A DNA stretch of 64,000 nucleotides from the NCBI RefSeq assembly GCF_047600385.1, contig NZ_JASGKZ010000002.1:84217-148216 (forward strand), read 5' to 3'. The position numbers and the translations under genes are program-made. The notes under the pieces are model-generated. The model worked only from the letters and a program-made list of their open reading frames with translations. It did not search any database and had not been told where the DNA came from. This stretch comes from Gordonia sp. (in: high G+C Gram-positive bacteria). GTDB taxonomy: Bacteria > Actinomycetota > Actinomycetes > Mycobacteriales > Mycobacteriaceae. Below are positions 51,536 through 62,688 of this stretch, in pieces. Within the stretch, counting starts at the first letter, position 1, and every line of letters begins with the position of its first letter.

Positions 51536-52955
51536 GTGTTCCCCGCGCGAGCGGGGATGTTCCCAAATCTGACAGTACACCGGTGTCGGTTTTTGCGTGT
51601 TCCCCGCGCGAGCGGGGATGTTCCCTACGCCGCCCTGTCCCGGTGGGCGCACCAACGGTGTTCCCCGCGCGAGCGGGGATGTTCCCGAAGCCGGCTACGC
51701 CCCGAATCCGCAGCTGCTGTGTTCCCCGCGCGAGCGGGGATGTTCCCCCCTCCGGGGAAGCTGGTTCTCGCAGCTTCCGTGTTCCCCGCGCGAGCGGGGA
51801 TGTTCCGGACGGGCGGCGAATCGTCTGCTGCCTGGAGGCGTGTTCCCCGCGCGAGCGGGGATGTTCCCACGAAGTCGCCCTGCGGAGTCTCCCGCTTCCG
51901 GTGTTCCCCGCGCGAGCGGGGATGTTCCGTAGCAGACGAGCATGGGTGCGGCACCGAGGTCGTGTTCCCCGCGCGAGCGGGGATGTTCCGTCGTCTATGG
52001 CCGTGTCGGGCTTTTCTTCTAGGTGTTCCCCGCGCGAGCGGGGATGTTCCGAACCGCACCATGATCGGCGGTGTCCTCGCTGTGTGTTCCCCGCGCGAGC
52101 GGGGATGTTCCCTCGCGGTTCACTTCCATCCCCGACAGCGTCCGGTGTTCCCCGCGCGAGCGGGGATGTTCCCGTCAGCACCACCCGATCCCCGTCGGCG
52201 GCGGTGTGTTCCCCGCGCGAGCGGGGATGTTCCCTTCACCGTCACCCTGCTCGTCCCGGGCGAACTGTGTTCCCCGCGCGAGCGGGGATGTTCCCGGATC
52301 GTCACCACCGGCGGCGGACGCAGCGCGGTGTTCCCCGCGCGAGCGGGGATGTTCCCAGGTTGGCGATCGGTCCGAGGATCGCGCCGAGGTGTTCCCCGCG
52401 CGAGCGGGGATGTTCCCCAGGTGGTTTTCGTCGCGATCAGCACGATGACGTGTTCCCCGCGCGAGCGGGGATGTTCCTGCCTCGCTCCCGGCGTCGCGGA
52501 GGCGGAGGCCGTGTTCCCCGCGCGAGCGGGGATGTTCCCAGGACGACCTCGAAGCCGTCGTAGATCGACACGTGTTCCCCGCGCGAGCGGGGATGTTCCC
52601 GCAGTACAGCTACGTCTTCCTCTGCGACGAGTGTGTTCCCCGCGCGAGCGGGGATGTTCCCCACGCCTGGTGGAACAGGCCACCGCCGGATGGGTGTTCC
52701 CCGCGCGAGCGGGGATGTTCCCCTGTCGGCGGGGACGATCACGATCGCTGAGACGTGTTCCCCGCGCGAGCGGGGATGTTCCCATCGTCGGCGCGCTGCG
52801 CTACTACGTCGGCCGGTGTTCCCCGCGCGAGCGGGGATGTTCCCATGGACACGGCGCTGGAGGTGCGAGCGCTGGAGTGTTCCCCGCGCAAGCGGGGATG
52901 TGTTGGCCGATCCAGGCGTGGCCGTGTGTGTTCCCCGCGCGAGCGGGGATGTTCC
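51536..52955 (+). CRISPR. Type I-E CRISPR array 2: 24 repeats GTGTTCCCCGCGCGAGCGGGGATGTTCC, 23 spacers
   Basis: 61-bp period from 51536; one 60-bp unit (51719) and one 51-bp unit (52877). Confidence 0.98.
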
Positions 52956-53034
52956 TGTTGGATCGCGGTGCGACACAAGCCGCCACTGCCACCGGGGATT
53001 TACTGTCGGCACCGGAAGCGGTGACCAGGTAAGA

Positions 53035-53073
53035 CCGGAGTTCGGCCTTCGCGCTATGAGGGCCGAACTCCGG
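53035..53073. terminator. Strong hairpin downstream of array 2
   Basis: CCGGAGTTCGGCCTTC-N7-GAGGGCCGAACTCCGG. Confidence 0.75.
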
Positions 53074-53112
53074 CACTGTCAGACTTACCCACCACTCACC
53101 AAGGAGAAATAG

Positions 53113-53265
53113 ATGAACAAGTCCACCGCGATCTCAGTCGGGGCGACCGTCAGCACTGCGGGCGTGCTCGCACTGGTCGGCGCTTCCTGGCCCGCCTGGA
53201 CGGCCTGGGGCGGAATCGTCGCCTACCAGGTCGTCACTCACCTGCGAGCCCGCCGCGCAGCATGA
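53113..53265 (+). CDS. 50-aa hydrophobic peptide (not in ORF track)
   Basis: AAGGAG SD; MNKSTAISVGATVSTAGVLALVGASWPAWTAWGGIVAYQVVTHLRARRAA*; ATGA coupling to the next gene. Confidence 0.7.
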   Translation: MNKSTAISVGATVSTAGVLALVGASWPAWTAWGGIVAYQVVTHLRARRAA

Positions 53266-53489
53266 CCAGCATCTACTTGTCTGCGGCAGAGGTCGCCGAG
53301 CGGATCGGAGTCGTCCGCTCGGCGATCTCGCGGTACAAGATGCCCGAGCCGGACGCGCTGATCGGACAGACGCGCGGCTGGTTGCCGGAGACCATCGACG
53401 AATGGAACGCGAACAGGCCCGGGCGCGGCGCGCGCACCGATCTTCGCGGCCCCATCGACACCATGCCCACCCGAAAGGAGAGATCATGA
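53262..53489 (+). CDS. Small HTH DNA-binding protein (AlpA/excisionase-like)
   Basis: YLSAAEVAERIGV...PEPDALIG..RGWLPETIDEWNANRPGRG. Confidence 0.8.
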   Translation: MTSIYLSAAEVAERIGVVRSAISRYKMPEPDALIGQTRGWLPETIDEWNANRPGRGARTDLRGPIDTMPTRKERS

Positions 53490-53603
53490 TCGTCGAAGTC
53501 ACCGAACGCCCGTTCCCCAGCGGTCCGCGCGGCGCGCTTCTGGTTCCTCCGGCACAGGACCGACGACGGCCGCCCCCACAGCGGTGGGCAGCAGTGTGTC
53601 CGC

Positions 53604-53691
53604 GGGCTCTCCACGCGAGCGGCGACGTTCCTGCGGGCTCCTGTCAGAGGTTCACCACCGGTGGCATGTTCCGCGCTCGCGGGGACGACCG
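53604..53691 (+). repeat. Relic CRISPR repeats (2 degenerate copies, 60-bp period)
   Basis: GGGCTCTCCACGCGAGCGGCGACGTTCC is 23/28 to the array-1 repeat; second copy at 53664 is 17/28 to the array-2 repeat. Confidence 0.6.
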
Positions 53692-53891
53692 ACTCACCTC
53701 GACTTCCTGATCCGGGGTCCGAGGCTTCCCCCGAGAAGACAAAGCCCGTCCACGCCGCTTCCACCGGAACGACCCCTCCCCGTGGATTGGACACACCGCG
53801 CGTCCCGACGGAAGAGTGAGGACCCGACGCGTACCCGCCCCCGGTCACGCGTCGTTCGTCTGTCCCCTCCCCCAGGAGCAATTCGATCCCC

Positions 53892-54782
53892 ATGCGAATC
53901 CGCACTCTCACCGTCGCGGTCGCCGTCACCGTCGGGCTGATCAGCGCGCCGTTGTCGGCCACGACCCCGACCGCCGACGCCGCACCGACGCAGAGGAACA
54001 CCCTCGCCCTCTTGGCCGGCCTGGACGTGAAGGGCCGTGCCCCGATGACCGGTTACTCGCGCGACCGGTTCGGGCACGGTTGGTCCGACGACGTCGACGT
54101 GCAGTTCGGCCACAACGGCTGCGACACCCGCAACGACATCCTCAAGCGCGACCTGTCCGGGGTGAAGTTCAAGCCGGGCACCCGCGACTGCGTCGTCGCC
54201 TCCGGCACGCTGAAGGATCCGTACACCGGTGCGACGATCCGGTTCACGCGCGGAAACAGCACGTCGACCGCGGTGCAGATCGATCACGTCGTCGCGCTGG
54301 CCGACGCCTGGCAGAAGGGCGCGCAGCGGCTCTCCCCGCAGCAGCGTCGTGCGCTCGCCAACGATCCGCGCAATCTGCTGGCCGTCGACGGTCCCACCAA
54401 CGGACGGAAGGGCGCAGGCGATGCCGCGACGTGGCTCCCGCCGCGCAAGGCCTACCGCTGCACGTACGTCGCCAAGCAGGTTCAGGTGAAGGCCGCGTAC
54501 CGCCTGTGGGTGACGCGGGCCGAACGCGATGCGATCAAGCGGACCCTGGAGGACTGCGGCGGCGGTCGACCGACCGAACGCGGCGACGGCGGGCAGGCGC
54601 AGCAGCGGAGTCCGCAGCGCGCCGTCCCGCAGCAGCGGCAGCAGCGCCCGCAGTCCGCCCCGCGAGCGACCTACCGGAACTGTTCGGAGGCGCGGGCGGC
54701 AGGTGCGGCTCCTCTCCGCCGCGGCCAGCCCGGCTACTCCTCCAGCCTGGACCGTGACGGCGACGGCGTCGCCTGCGAATAG
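53892..54782 (+). CDS. Secreted DUF1524/HNH-type nuclease with C-terminal Excalibur Ca-binding domain
   Basis: Signal peptide; CDTRNDIL, QIDHVV, NLLAVDG..N; YRNC...DRDGDGVACE. Confidence 0.88.
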   Translation: MRIRTLTVAVAVTVGLISAPLSATTPTADAAPTQRNTLALLAGLDVKGRAPMTGYSRDRFGHGWSDDVDVQFGHNGCDTRNDILKRDLSGVKFKPGTRDCVVASGTLKDPYTGATIRFTRGNSTSTAVQIDHVVALADAWQKGAQRLSPQQRRALANDPRNLLAVDGPTNGRKGAGDAATWLPPRKAYRCTYVAKQVQVKAAYRLWVTRAERDAIKRTLEDCGGGRPTERGDGGQAQQRSPQRAVPQQRQQRPQSAPRATYRNCSEARAAGAAPLRRGQPGYSSSLDRDGDGVACE

Positions 54783-54800
54783 CCCACGACAGCGCGGACA

Positions 54801-55481
54801 TCACGGCGGCGCGGACCGGAGGGTCCGCGCCGCCGACCGCTCCACCCCGTCGAGGATCACCTCGAGTTTCCGGGTCATCCACTCCAGCGGGTCCGCCCCG
54901 TACGCCTCGGCCATCGCCTCCCTGATCGCCCGGCGCTCGTCGTCGGTGGCCGCACGATCGGCCGGCTCCTCGACCCGATTCGGATACTCGCCTCCGTGCT
55001 CCCGCAGGTGTTCGCCGCCCGCATTCGGGTCCCGCGTGACCAGCTGTTCGACGTTGGCCCGACTGTCGGTGACCATGTCGAACACGATGTCGCAGGCCAG
55101 GATGGCGTCACCGGCGGTGAAGCCCTGCCGGATCAGCACCGCGCACAGATCGTCGATCAGCGGCATGGCGCCGAGCGGGATCACCCCGCGCGCCACCTCC
55201 GCGGCGGAGCCGGGGTGCGCCTCCCACAGCGTCCACATCGCCCGCGCGTAGCGGCGCATCACCGTCCGCCACGGACCTGCCGTCGACGGCCAGGGCGCCT
55301 GTTCCAGTACGTGGCTCAGCCCGATCCGGACGAGTTCGTCGCGATCGGCCGCATACCGGTACAGCGTGGTCTGTCCGACACCGAGCCGCTGCCGGACCGC
55401 TGCGACGGTCAGGTCGGCGAAACCGACGTCGAGCACGGCGTGCACGATGGCCTCGCGCGTCAGCACACGGGGCCGCCCCAT
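54801..55481 (-). CDS. TetR family transcriptional regulator
   Basis: GRPRVLTREAIV...LTVAAVRQRLGVGQTTLYRY. Confidence 0.88.
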   Translation of the reverse strand: MGRPRVLTREAIVHAVLDVGFADLTVAAVRQRLGVGQTTLYRYAADRDELVRIGLSHVLEQAPWPSTAGPWRTVMRRYARAMWTLWEAHPGSAAEVARGVIPLGAMPLIDDLCAVLIRQGFTAGDAILACDIVFDMVTDSRANVEQLVTRDPNAGGEHLREHGGEYPNRVEEPADRAATDDERRAIREAMAEAYGADPLEWMTRKLEVILDGVERSAARTLRSAPP

Positions 55482-55624
55482 CCGGGAACTCACGGCAGGC
55501 ATGCCTCTCGTCGAAGGATTCCGCGGACCGTCGTATCCGATCCCCCACCGAAACTACCGCACCCCGGCGAGTGTCGCGGACGTCACCCGCCACCCCTTCT
55601 CACCTGGCTGGACGCTTCTCACAC

Positions 55625-55650
55625 ACTTTCGGTAGCCTACTCCCGAAAGT
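55625..55650. promoter_or_regulatory. Palindrome, candidate operator between divergent tetR and the transporter operon
   Basis: ACTTTCGG-N10-CCGAAAGT. Confidence 0.5.
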
Positions 55651-55732
55651 AGGTGAGGACGCCCTCACCGAACATCCCCGCACCGACGCGACACCAGCAC
55701 CGGAACCGGTACGACGAAGAGAAGAGACGCGG

Positions 55733-56320
55733 ATGGACGAGAACAGCAGACTCGACGGCAAGGACCTGATCGACGTCGGCGTCTACACGGCGATCACCCT
55801 CGGCACGGTGTTCCTCCTCGGGCTCCTCAACGCGTTTCCGCCGCTGTACCCGGTGCTGTTCGTGCTGTGGCCGCTGGCCTGCGCGATCCCGATGATGCTC
55901 TACTACACCAAGATCACGAAGTTCGGCATGCTCACGATCTCCGGGGTGCTGATCGGCGCGTTCTTCTTCCTCATCGGCTACACCTGGGTGGCCCTGGTCA
56001 GCTACACGATCGCGGGTCTGGTCGCCGACGTCGTGCTCCGTCTCGGCGGGTACCGGCGTTTCGCCGCGCAAGCGCTCAGCTACGCGGTGTTCTGCCTCGG
56101 CCTGATCGGCGGACCCGCGCTGCTGTGGTTCGCGGGACCGTCGTACTGGGCGGGCATCGAGGAGTCGATGGGCGCCGACTACGCCGAGTCGCTGCGCGGC
56201 TTCATGCCTCCGTGGATGTTCTACGTCGCCCTGCCGTGCCTGTTCTTCTTCGGCCTCGCCGGCGCGTTCCTCGGTCGCCGCATGCTGCGCAAACACTTCG
56301 AACGGGCCGGCATCGCTTGA
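55733..56320 (+). CDS. MptD-family ECF transporter S component
   Basis: KDLIDVGVYTAI, KITKFGMLTI, HFERAG end. Confidence 0.82.
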   Translation: MDENSRLDGKDLIDVGVYTAITLGTVFLLGLLNAFPPLYPVLFVLWPLACAIPMMLYYTKITKFGMLTISGVLIGAFFFLIGYTWVALVSYTIAGLVADVVLRLGGYRRFAAQALSYAVFCLGLIGGPALLWFAGPSYWAGIEESMGADYAESLRGFMPPWMFYVALPCLFFFGLAGAFLGRRMLRKHFERAGIA

Positions 56321-57090
56321 GCCCCACCACGCCTCCCGTCCCGACGCCGCCCGTCCCGACACCGCCGCCCCCGGCCCGGCTTCCGGAACGACGCCGGACC
56401 GGACTCACCCTCGATCCGCGCACCACACTCCTGCTGATGGGCTTCGTCGCCGTCGCCGAACTGCTGCGCGGCTCCGACTGGTTCGTCGCCGCGGTGGCCG
56501 CGATCCCCGTCGTCCTGCTCGCCCAGAACCGGCAGCACCGACTCGCGCTCTGGTACCTGGTGCTGTTCACGCTCGCCGTGCTGGTCAAACGCCATCAGGC
56601 CGACCTCTCGATCCCGATGGCGCTGAACATGATCGCCGTCCTGCTCACCGGGTTCGTCCTGAAACTCGCGCCCGCCTTCGCGATGGCCGCCTACTTCCTC
56701 GCCACCACCACAGCCTCCGAATTCGTCGCCGCGCTGGGCCGGATCGGGGTGGGCCGCGCGATCACCGTCCCCATCTCGGTGATCTTCCGTCTCCTCCCCA
56801 CCATGCGCGAGGAGTTCGGTTCCATCGACGACGCCATGCGGATGCGCGGGATCGGGCTCGGCACCCGGAAGTTCTGGCGGAACCCGGCGGCACTCGTGGA
56901 GTACCGCTTCATCCCGCTCGTCATCTCGCTGGCCAAGATCGGGAACGAACTGTCGGCCGCGGCGCTCACCCGCGGCCTGGACCGGCCCGGCCCACACACG
57001 AGCATCGCCCGGATCGGGATCACGCCCGTCGACGTGATCGTCGTCGTCGCGGCCGCGACCCTGCTCACCACCACTTTTCTCCTGACCTGA
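56317..57090 (+). CDS. ECF transporter T component (CbiQ family)
   Basis: LDPRT, IFRLLPT, DAMRMRG, ALTRGL. Confidence 0.85.
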   Translation: MSPTTPPVPTPPVPTPPPPARLPERRRTGLTLDPRTTLLLMGFVAVAELLRGSDWFVAAVAAIPVVLLAQNRQHRLALWYLVLFTLAVLVKRHQADLSIPMALNMIAVLLTGFVLKLAPAFAMAAYFLATTTASEFVAALGRIGVGRAITVPISVIFRLLPTMREEFGSIDDAMRMRGIGLGTRKFWRNPAALVEYRFIPLVISLAKIGNELSAAALTRGLDRPGPHTSIARIGITPVDVIVVVAAATLLTTTFLLT

Positions 57091-57103
57091 ACGGAGCTCG
57101 GAG

Positions 57104-58557
<1,454 letters not shown>

Positions 58558-58561
<4 letters not shown>

Positions 58562-60345
58562 CGACGCCCCCGAACTCCACACCTCGGAACTCCACACCAC
58601 GGAACTCCATGTCCCAGAACTCCACACTCCGGATCGTCCGACCGGTCCTGGGCGGACTCGGTGCCGGAGTGGGTCTGCAGGTGATCGGCTCCCTGCTGTC
58701 GGCGCTGCCGTACCCGGCGCTCGCCGTGCTCGCCGAACGCCTGATCTCCGGTGACGGCGCGGTGACCGGACCGCTGATCGTCTTCCTCGCCGGTCTCGGC
58801 TGCAGTGTGCTCTTCGGCTCCCTCGCGATGACGGTGACCCACTTCGCCGACGTCCGACTCCAGGCCGGGCTCCGGCTGACGCTGGCCCGGAAACTGTCCC
58901 GACTCCCCCTCGGCTGGTTCGACGACCGCTCGTCCGGGCGGGTCCGCCAACTCGTCCAGAACGACGTCGACTCCCTCCACCAGCTGGTGGCGCACACCGT
59001 CGTCGAACTGGTCGCGGGAGTCCTGACGCCGCTGGTCGGCGTCGCGGTGTGCTTCGCCCTCGACTGGCGTCTGGGCCTGGTCGCCCTGCTGCCGACGATC
59101 CTCTACTTCCTGGCGTTCTCCCTGCTCGCCCGGAACGACAACGAAGAGGTGATGGACCGGATCCACGAGGGCCTGGCCGGGGTCTCCGACGCCATCGTCG
59201 AATACGTCGACGGTGTCGCGGTCCTGAAGATCTTCAGCCGCGCCGACCAGGAGATGCGCCGGTTCACCCGTCGTTCGGAACGGTTCCTCACCGAGTTCGA
59301 GGCCATGGTCGGACCGCAGATGCGTGCGCACTCGGTGGCGACCGTGTTCCTCTCCGCGGCCACCGCGGGCACCCTCGAAGCGGCCTTCGGCGTCTGGTTC
59401 GTGCACGCCGGCTGGTCGCAGCCCGCGGACCTGCTGGTGGTCACCGTGATCGCCATGCTGCTGCCGTCGACGATCCTCACCCTCGCCGTCGGAAACCAGT
59501 ACCGGACACAGGCCGCCGACGCCGCGGACCGGATCTGCGCGATCCTCGACGCGCCCGAACTGCCCGTGCCGGAGACACCCGTCGCTCCGCGCGACGCCTC
59601 GTTGCGACTGCGCGCGGTGACCTTCGGCTACGACCCCGCCGAGCCGGCCGTCCGCGACGTCACCGCGACCGTGCCCGCCGGGACCGTCACCGCGCTCGTC
59701 GGCCCGTCCGGATCGGGCAAGTCCACCCTCGCCGCGTTGATCGCCCGCTTCCGCGATCCGGGCGACGGCACCGTCACGATCGGCGGCGTCGACGTCCGCG
59801 ACATCGATCCCGACGTCCTGCGCACCACCGTCGGCACCGTGTTCCAGGATGCGCAGCTGCTGCACGCGTCCGTCGCCGACAACATCCGGCTCACCGCACC
59901 CGACGCCGACGACGCCCGGGTGGAGGCCGCCGCCCGCGCCGCCAACATCCACGACCGGATCACCGCGCTGCCCCGCGGCTACGCGTCGGTGATCGGCGAG
60001 GACGCCCGACTGTCCGGCGGCGAGGCGCAGCGCATCGGGATCGCTCGGGCCCTGCTCGCCGACACCCCGGTGCTGATCCTCGACGAGGCCACCTCCGCCA
60101 CCGACCCCGAGTCCGAGACCGCCGTCCAGGAGAGCCTCGACCGACTCACCGCGGGCCGCACCGTGGTCGTGATCGCGCACCGGCTCACCACCGTCGTCGA
60201 CGCCGACCAGATCCTGGTGCTCGACGCCGGGGCCGTCGTCGAACGCGGCACGCATCGGGAACTGCTGGAGACCGGCGGTCTCTACCGGCGGATGTGGGAC
60301 GACATGGAACACGAACCGACGAACGACGAGGAGGCCGTCCGATGA
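58558..60345 (+). CDS. ABC transporter permease + ATPase (IrtA/MptA-like)
   Basis: TM domain followed by GPSGSGKST, LSGGEAQR, LDEAT. Confidence 0.88.
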
Positions 60346-62078
60346 TCCGCGCACTGCTGGCCCTGTCCGCGGGCGCCGAGGCCCGGAGCCTGCGGCGCGT
60401 GGCGGTGCTGGCCGTCCTCGCCGGGATCACGCAGGGCATCGCGGTGCTGCTGATCGTCCCGGTGCTGACCGCCGTGTTCCGGCACGACCGACCCGGCGCG
60501 GTCCACGCCCTGATCGTGCTCGTCGCGGCGCTGCTGGTCCACGCCGGACTGATGGTCGCGGCCACCGGCGGCGGATTCGGCGCCTCGACAAGGGTGATCG
60601 CGGCCATGCACCGCGGCCTCGGGAGCCGTCTGCTGCAGTTGCCGCTGAGCTGGTTCGGTCCGGAGTCGCAGGGTCGGGCATCGCACATCGCGGTCCGCGG
60701 CACCCTCTTCGTCGCCACCGCGGCGATGGACGTCCTCGTCCCGGTGATCGTGAACGTGACCGCGCCGGCGACCATCGCCGTCGGCGCCTGCTTCCACGAC
60801 TGGCGGATCGGGTCGGCGCTCCTGGCGGCCGCACCCGTCGTGTACCTCTCGTCACGACTCGCGGCCCGCTGGGAGTCGGCCGGTGAGTCGCGGGTCCGCG
60901 AGGCTCGCGCCGAGACCGATGCGCGTCTGCTCGAATTCGCTCACAACCAGGAGGTCCTCCGCTCGGCGGGACTCGCGGGCGACTACCCGCCGCTGCGCGC
61001 GGCGGTGGACCGGCAGCGGCGGACGGCCGGGAAGGCGCTGTGGCTGTCGGTCGGCGGCATGGTGCTGCAGGGCTGGGTGATCTCGACGATCCTCGGTGCC
61101 GTCACCTCCCTCGCCGTCTGGACGGTGACCGGCGGCGGCGCCGACCCGGTCACCGCCGTCACCCTGATCGGGCTGGTCACGCTGGCGGCCGGGCCGCTGC
61201 GCGTGCTCTCGTCGATGCAGTCCGCGCTGAGTCAGTCCGCGGCCGAGATCGACGACGTCCGGGCCCTCCTCGAGACACCCGCACTCCCCGAGCCGGACGC
61301 GCCCCGGCCGTTCCCGCACACCGCCGAGGTGCGCTTCGATCATGTGGGTTTCGCCTACGACTCCGACGGACCCCGGGTGCTGACCGACGTCGACCTCACC
61401 CTCCCCGACCGCTCGTACACCGCGCTCGTCGGCCCGTCCGGCTCCGGCAAGACGACGATCGTCCGCCTGCTGGCGCGGCTGTGGGACGTCTCCTCCGGCA
61501 CGGTCCTGATCGGCGGCATCGACCTGCGCGAACTCGCCACGGCCGACCTCTACGCACACGTCTCGATGATCTTCCAGGACGTCTACCTGTTCGACGACAC
61601 CCTGTGGGCCAACATCGCCCTCGGCCGCGAGGACGCCACCGACGACGAGATCCGCGACGCCGCCCGCCGCGCCCGCGTCACCGAGATCGCCGAGCGTCTG
61701 CCGCAGGGCTGGGACACCCGTGTCGGCGAGGGCGGGCGGCTGCTCTCCGGCGGCGAACGTCAGCGCGTGTCGATCGCGCGGGCACTCCTGCGCCGCGCGC
61801 CGCTGGTCCTGTGCGACGAACCGTCGAGCGCCCTCGATGCGAGCACCCGGCGGGCCGTCACCGCGGCCCTGGCCGAACTCTCCCGGGAGGCGACGGTGGT
61901 CGTCGTCGCCCACCAGTTGGAGACCATCCGCGGTGCGGACCGGATCCTGCTGCTGGAGCACGGTCGTATCGCGGCGTCGGGGACCCACGAAGAACTGGCC
62001 GCGACCGACGACCGTTATCGCCGATTCTGGTCGCTCCGGGAGGAAGCCGGTCGATGGAACATCTCCGCCGACCGCTGA
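60342..62078 (+). CDS. ABC transporter permease + ATPase (IrtB/MptB-like)
   Basis: TM domain followed by GPSGSGKTT, LSGGERQR; ATGA overlap. Confidence 0.88.
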   Translation: MIRALLALSAGAEARSLRRVAVLAVLAGITQGIAVLLIVPVLTAVFRHDRPGAVHALIVLVAALLVHAGLMVAATGGGFGASTRVIAAMHRGLGSRLLQLPLSWFGPESQGRASHIAVRGTLFVATAAMDVLVPVIVNVTAPATIAVGACFHDWRIGSALLAAAPVVYLSSRLAARWESAGESRVREARAETDARLLEFAHNQEVLRSAGLAGDYPPLRAAVDRQRRTAGKALWLSVGGMVLQGWVISTILGAVTSLAVWTVTGGGADPVTAVTLIGLVTLAAGPLRVLSSMQSALSQSAAEIDDVRALLETPALPEPDAPRPFPHTAEVRFDHVGFAYDSDGPRVLTDVDLTLPDRSYTALVGPSGSGKTTIVRLLARLWDVSSGTVLIGGIDLRELATADLYAHVSMIFQDVYLFDDTLWANIALGREDATDDEIRDAARRARVTEIAERLPQGWDTRVGEGGRLLSGGERQRVSIARALLRRAPLVLCDEPSSALDASTRRAVTAALAELSREATVVVVAHQLETIRGADRILLLEHGRIAASGTHEELAATDDRYRRFWSLREEAGRWNISADR

Positions 62079-62193
62079 CCGGCACCGGACGCCCGCAGCA
62101 CGGACCGACCCTGTCCCAGGCATGTGCCATGATCATGCGACACTGCGGGAGACCGCGGTCACACAGATCTCATCGACCCCACAGGACGAAGTC

Positions 62194-62616
62194 ATGCGCA
62201 GCCGTTCCACGATCCGACGTCTCCTCACCTCAGCGACGATATTGGCCCTCCTGATCAGTGTGTTCGCAGGTCAATCGGCCCTTTCCTCCGGCGATGCCCA
62301 TGCCGAACCCGTCGGTCCGTCCGGCCGGATCAGCGACCGAAACAGCGACGTAGAGGTGGCGCAGGCGGCCTACCGAGACCAGACGATGCGCCGGATCGCT
62401 CACCAGCGAGCACAGTCGTACGCGCACGGTCGGATGACCGCGAAACAGGCCACTCGATCACTGAACCGGCACCTGGGCCGCTACTGCGCCTCGGCTCGCC
62501 TGATCGGCTTCGCCCTCTCCGACCAGCGTTACAACAGCGCCACCGTGCAGAACTTCTATCACCGAAGCGGATGCCCGAGGGCGCCGCGCGTCACGCATCA
62601 GACGCCACGGAGCTGA
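62194..62616 (+). CDS. Secreted hypothetical protein with two Cys
   Basis: Signal peptide ending AHA-EP; no recognised domain. Confidence 0.55.
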   Translation: MRSRSTIRRLLTSATILALLISVFAGQSALSSGDAHAEPVGPSGRISDRNSDVEVAQAAYRDQTMRRIAHQRAQSYAHGRMTAKQATRSLNRHLGRYCASARLIGFALSDQRYNSATVQNFYHRSGCPRAPRVTHQTPRS

Positions 62617-62688
62617 CGAACGCTCACCGGCGACTTCATACCCACCCCGGGGAGTCCCCTGCAGAACAGGGCACCCTAACCTGGTCCT

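Noticed and set aside
53075-53086. Array-2 spacer 1 (AAATCTGACAGT) and the relic spacer (CTGTCAGA) resembling the peptide-gene upstream region
   Set aside because: 11/12 match but with a seed mismatch at position 3 and a GGT flank; the relic spacer shares only 8 internal bases. Likely coincidental.
51458-53112. Long ORFs across array 2
   Set aside because: Same repeat-translation artefact.
53486-53710. ORF MIVEVTERP... as an intact gene
   Set aside because: Good SD and start, but the 3' half is degenerate CRISPR repeat sequence; treated as a truncated remnant.
55503-55732. Cobalamin riboswitch or IdeR box upstream of the ECF operon
   Set aside because: B12-box motifs not found; GGTAGCCTAC only loosely resembles the IdeR consensus.
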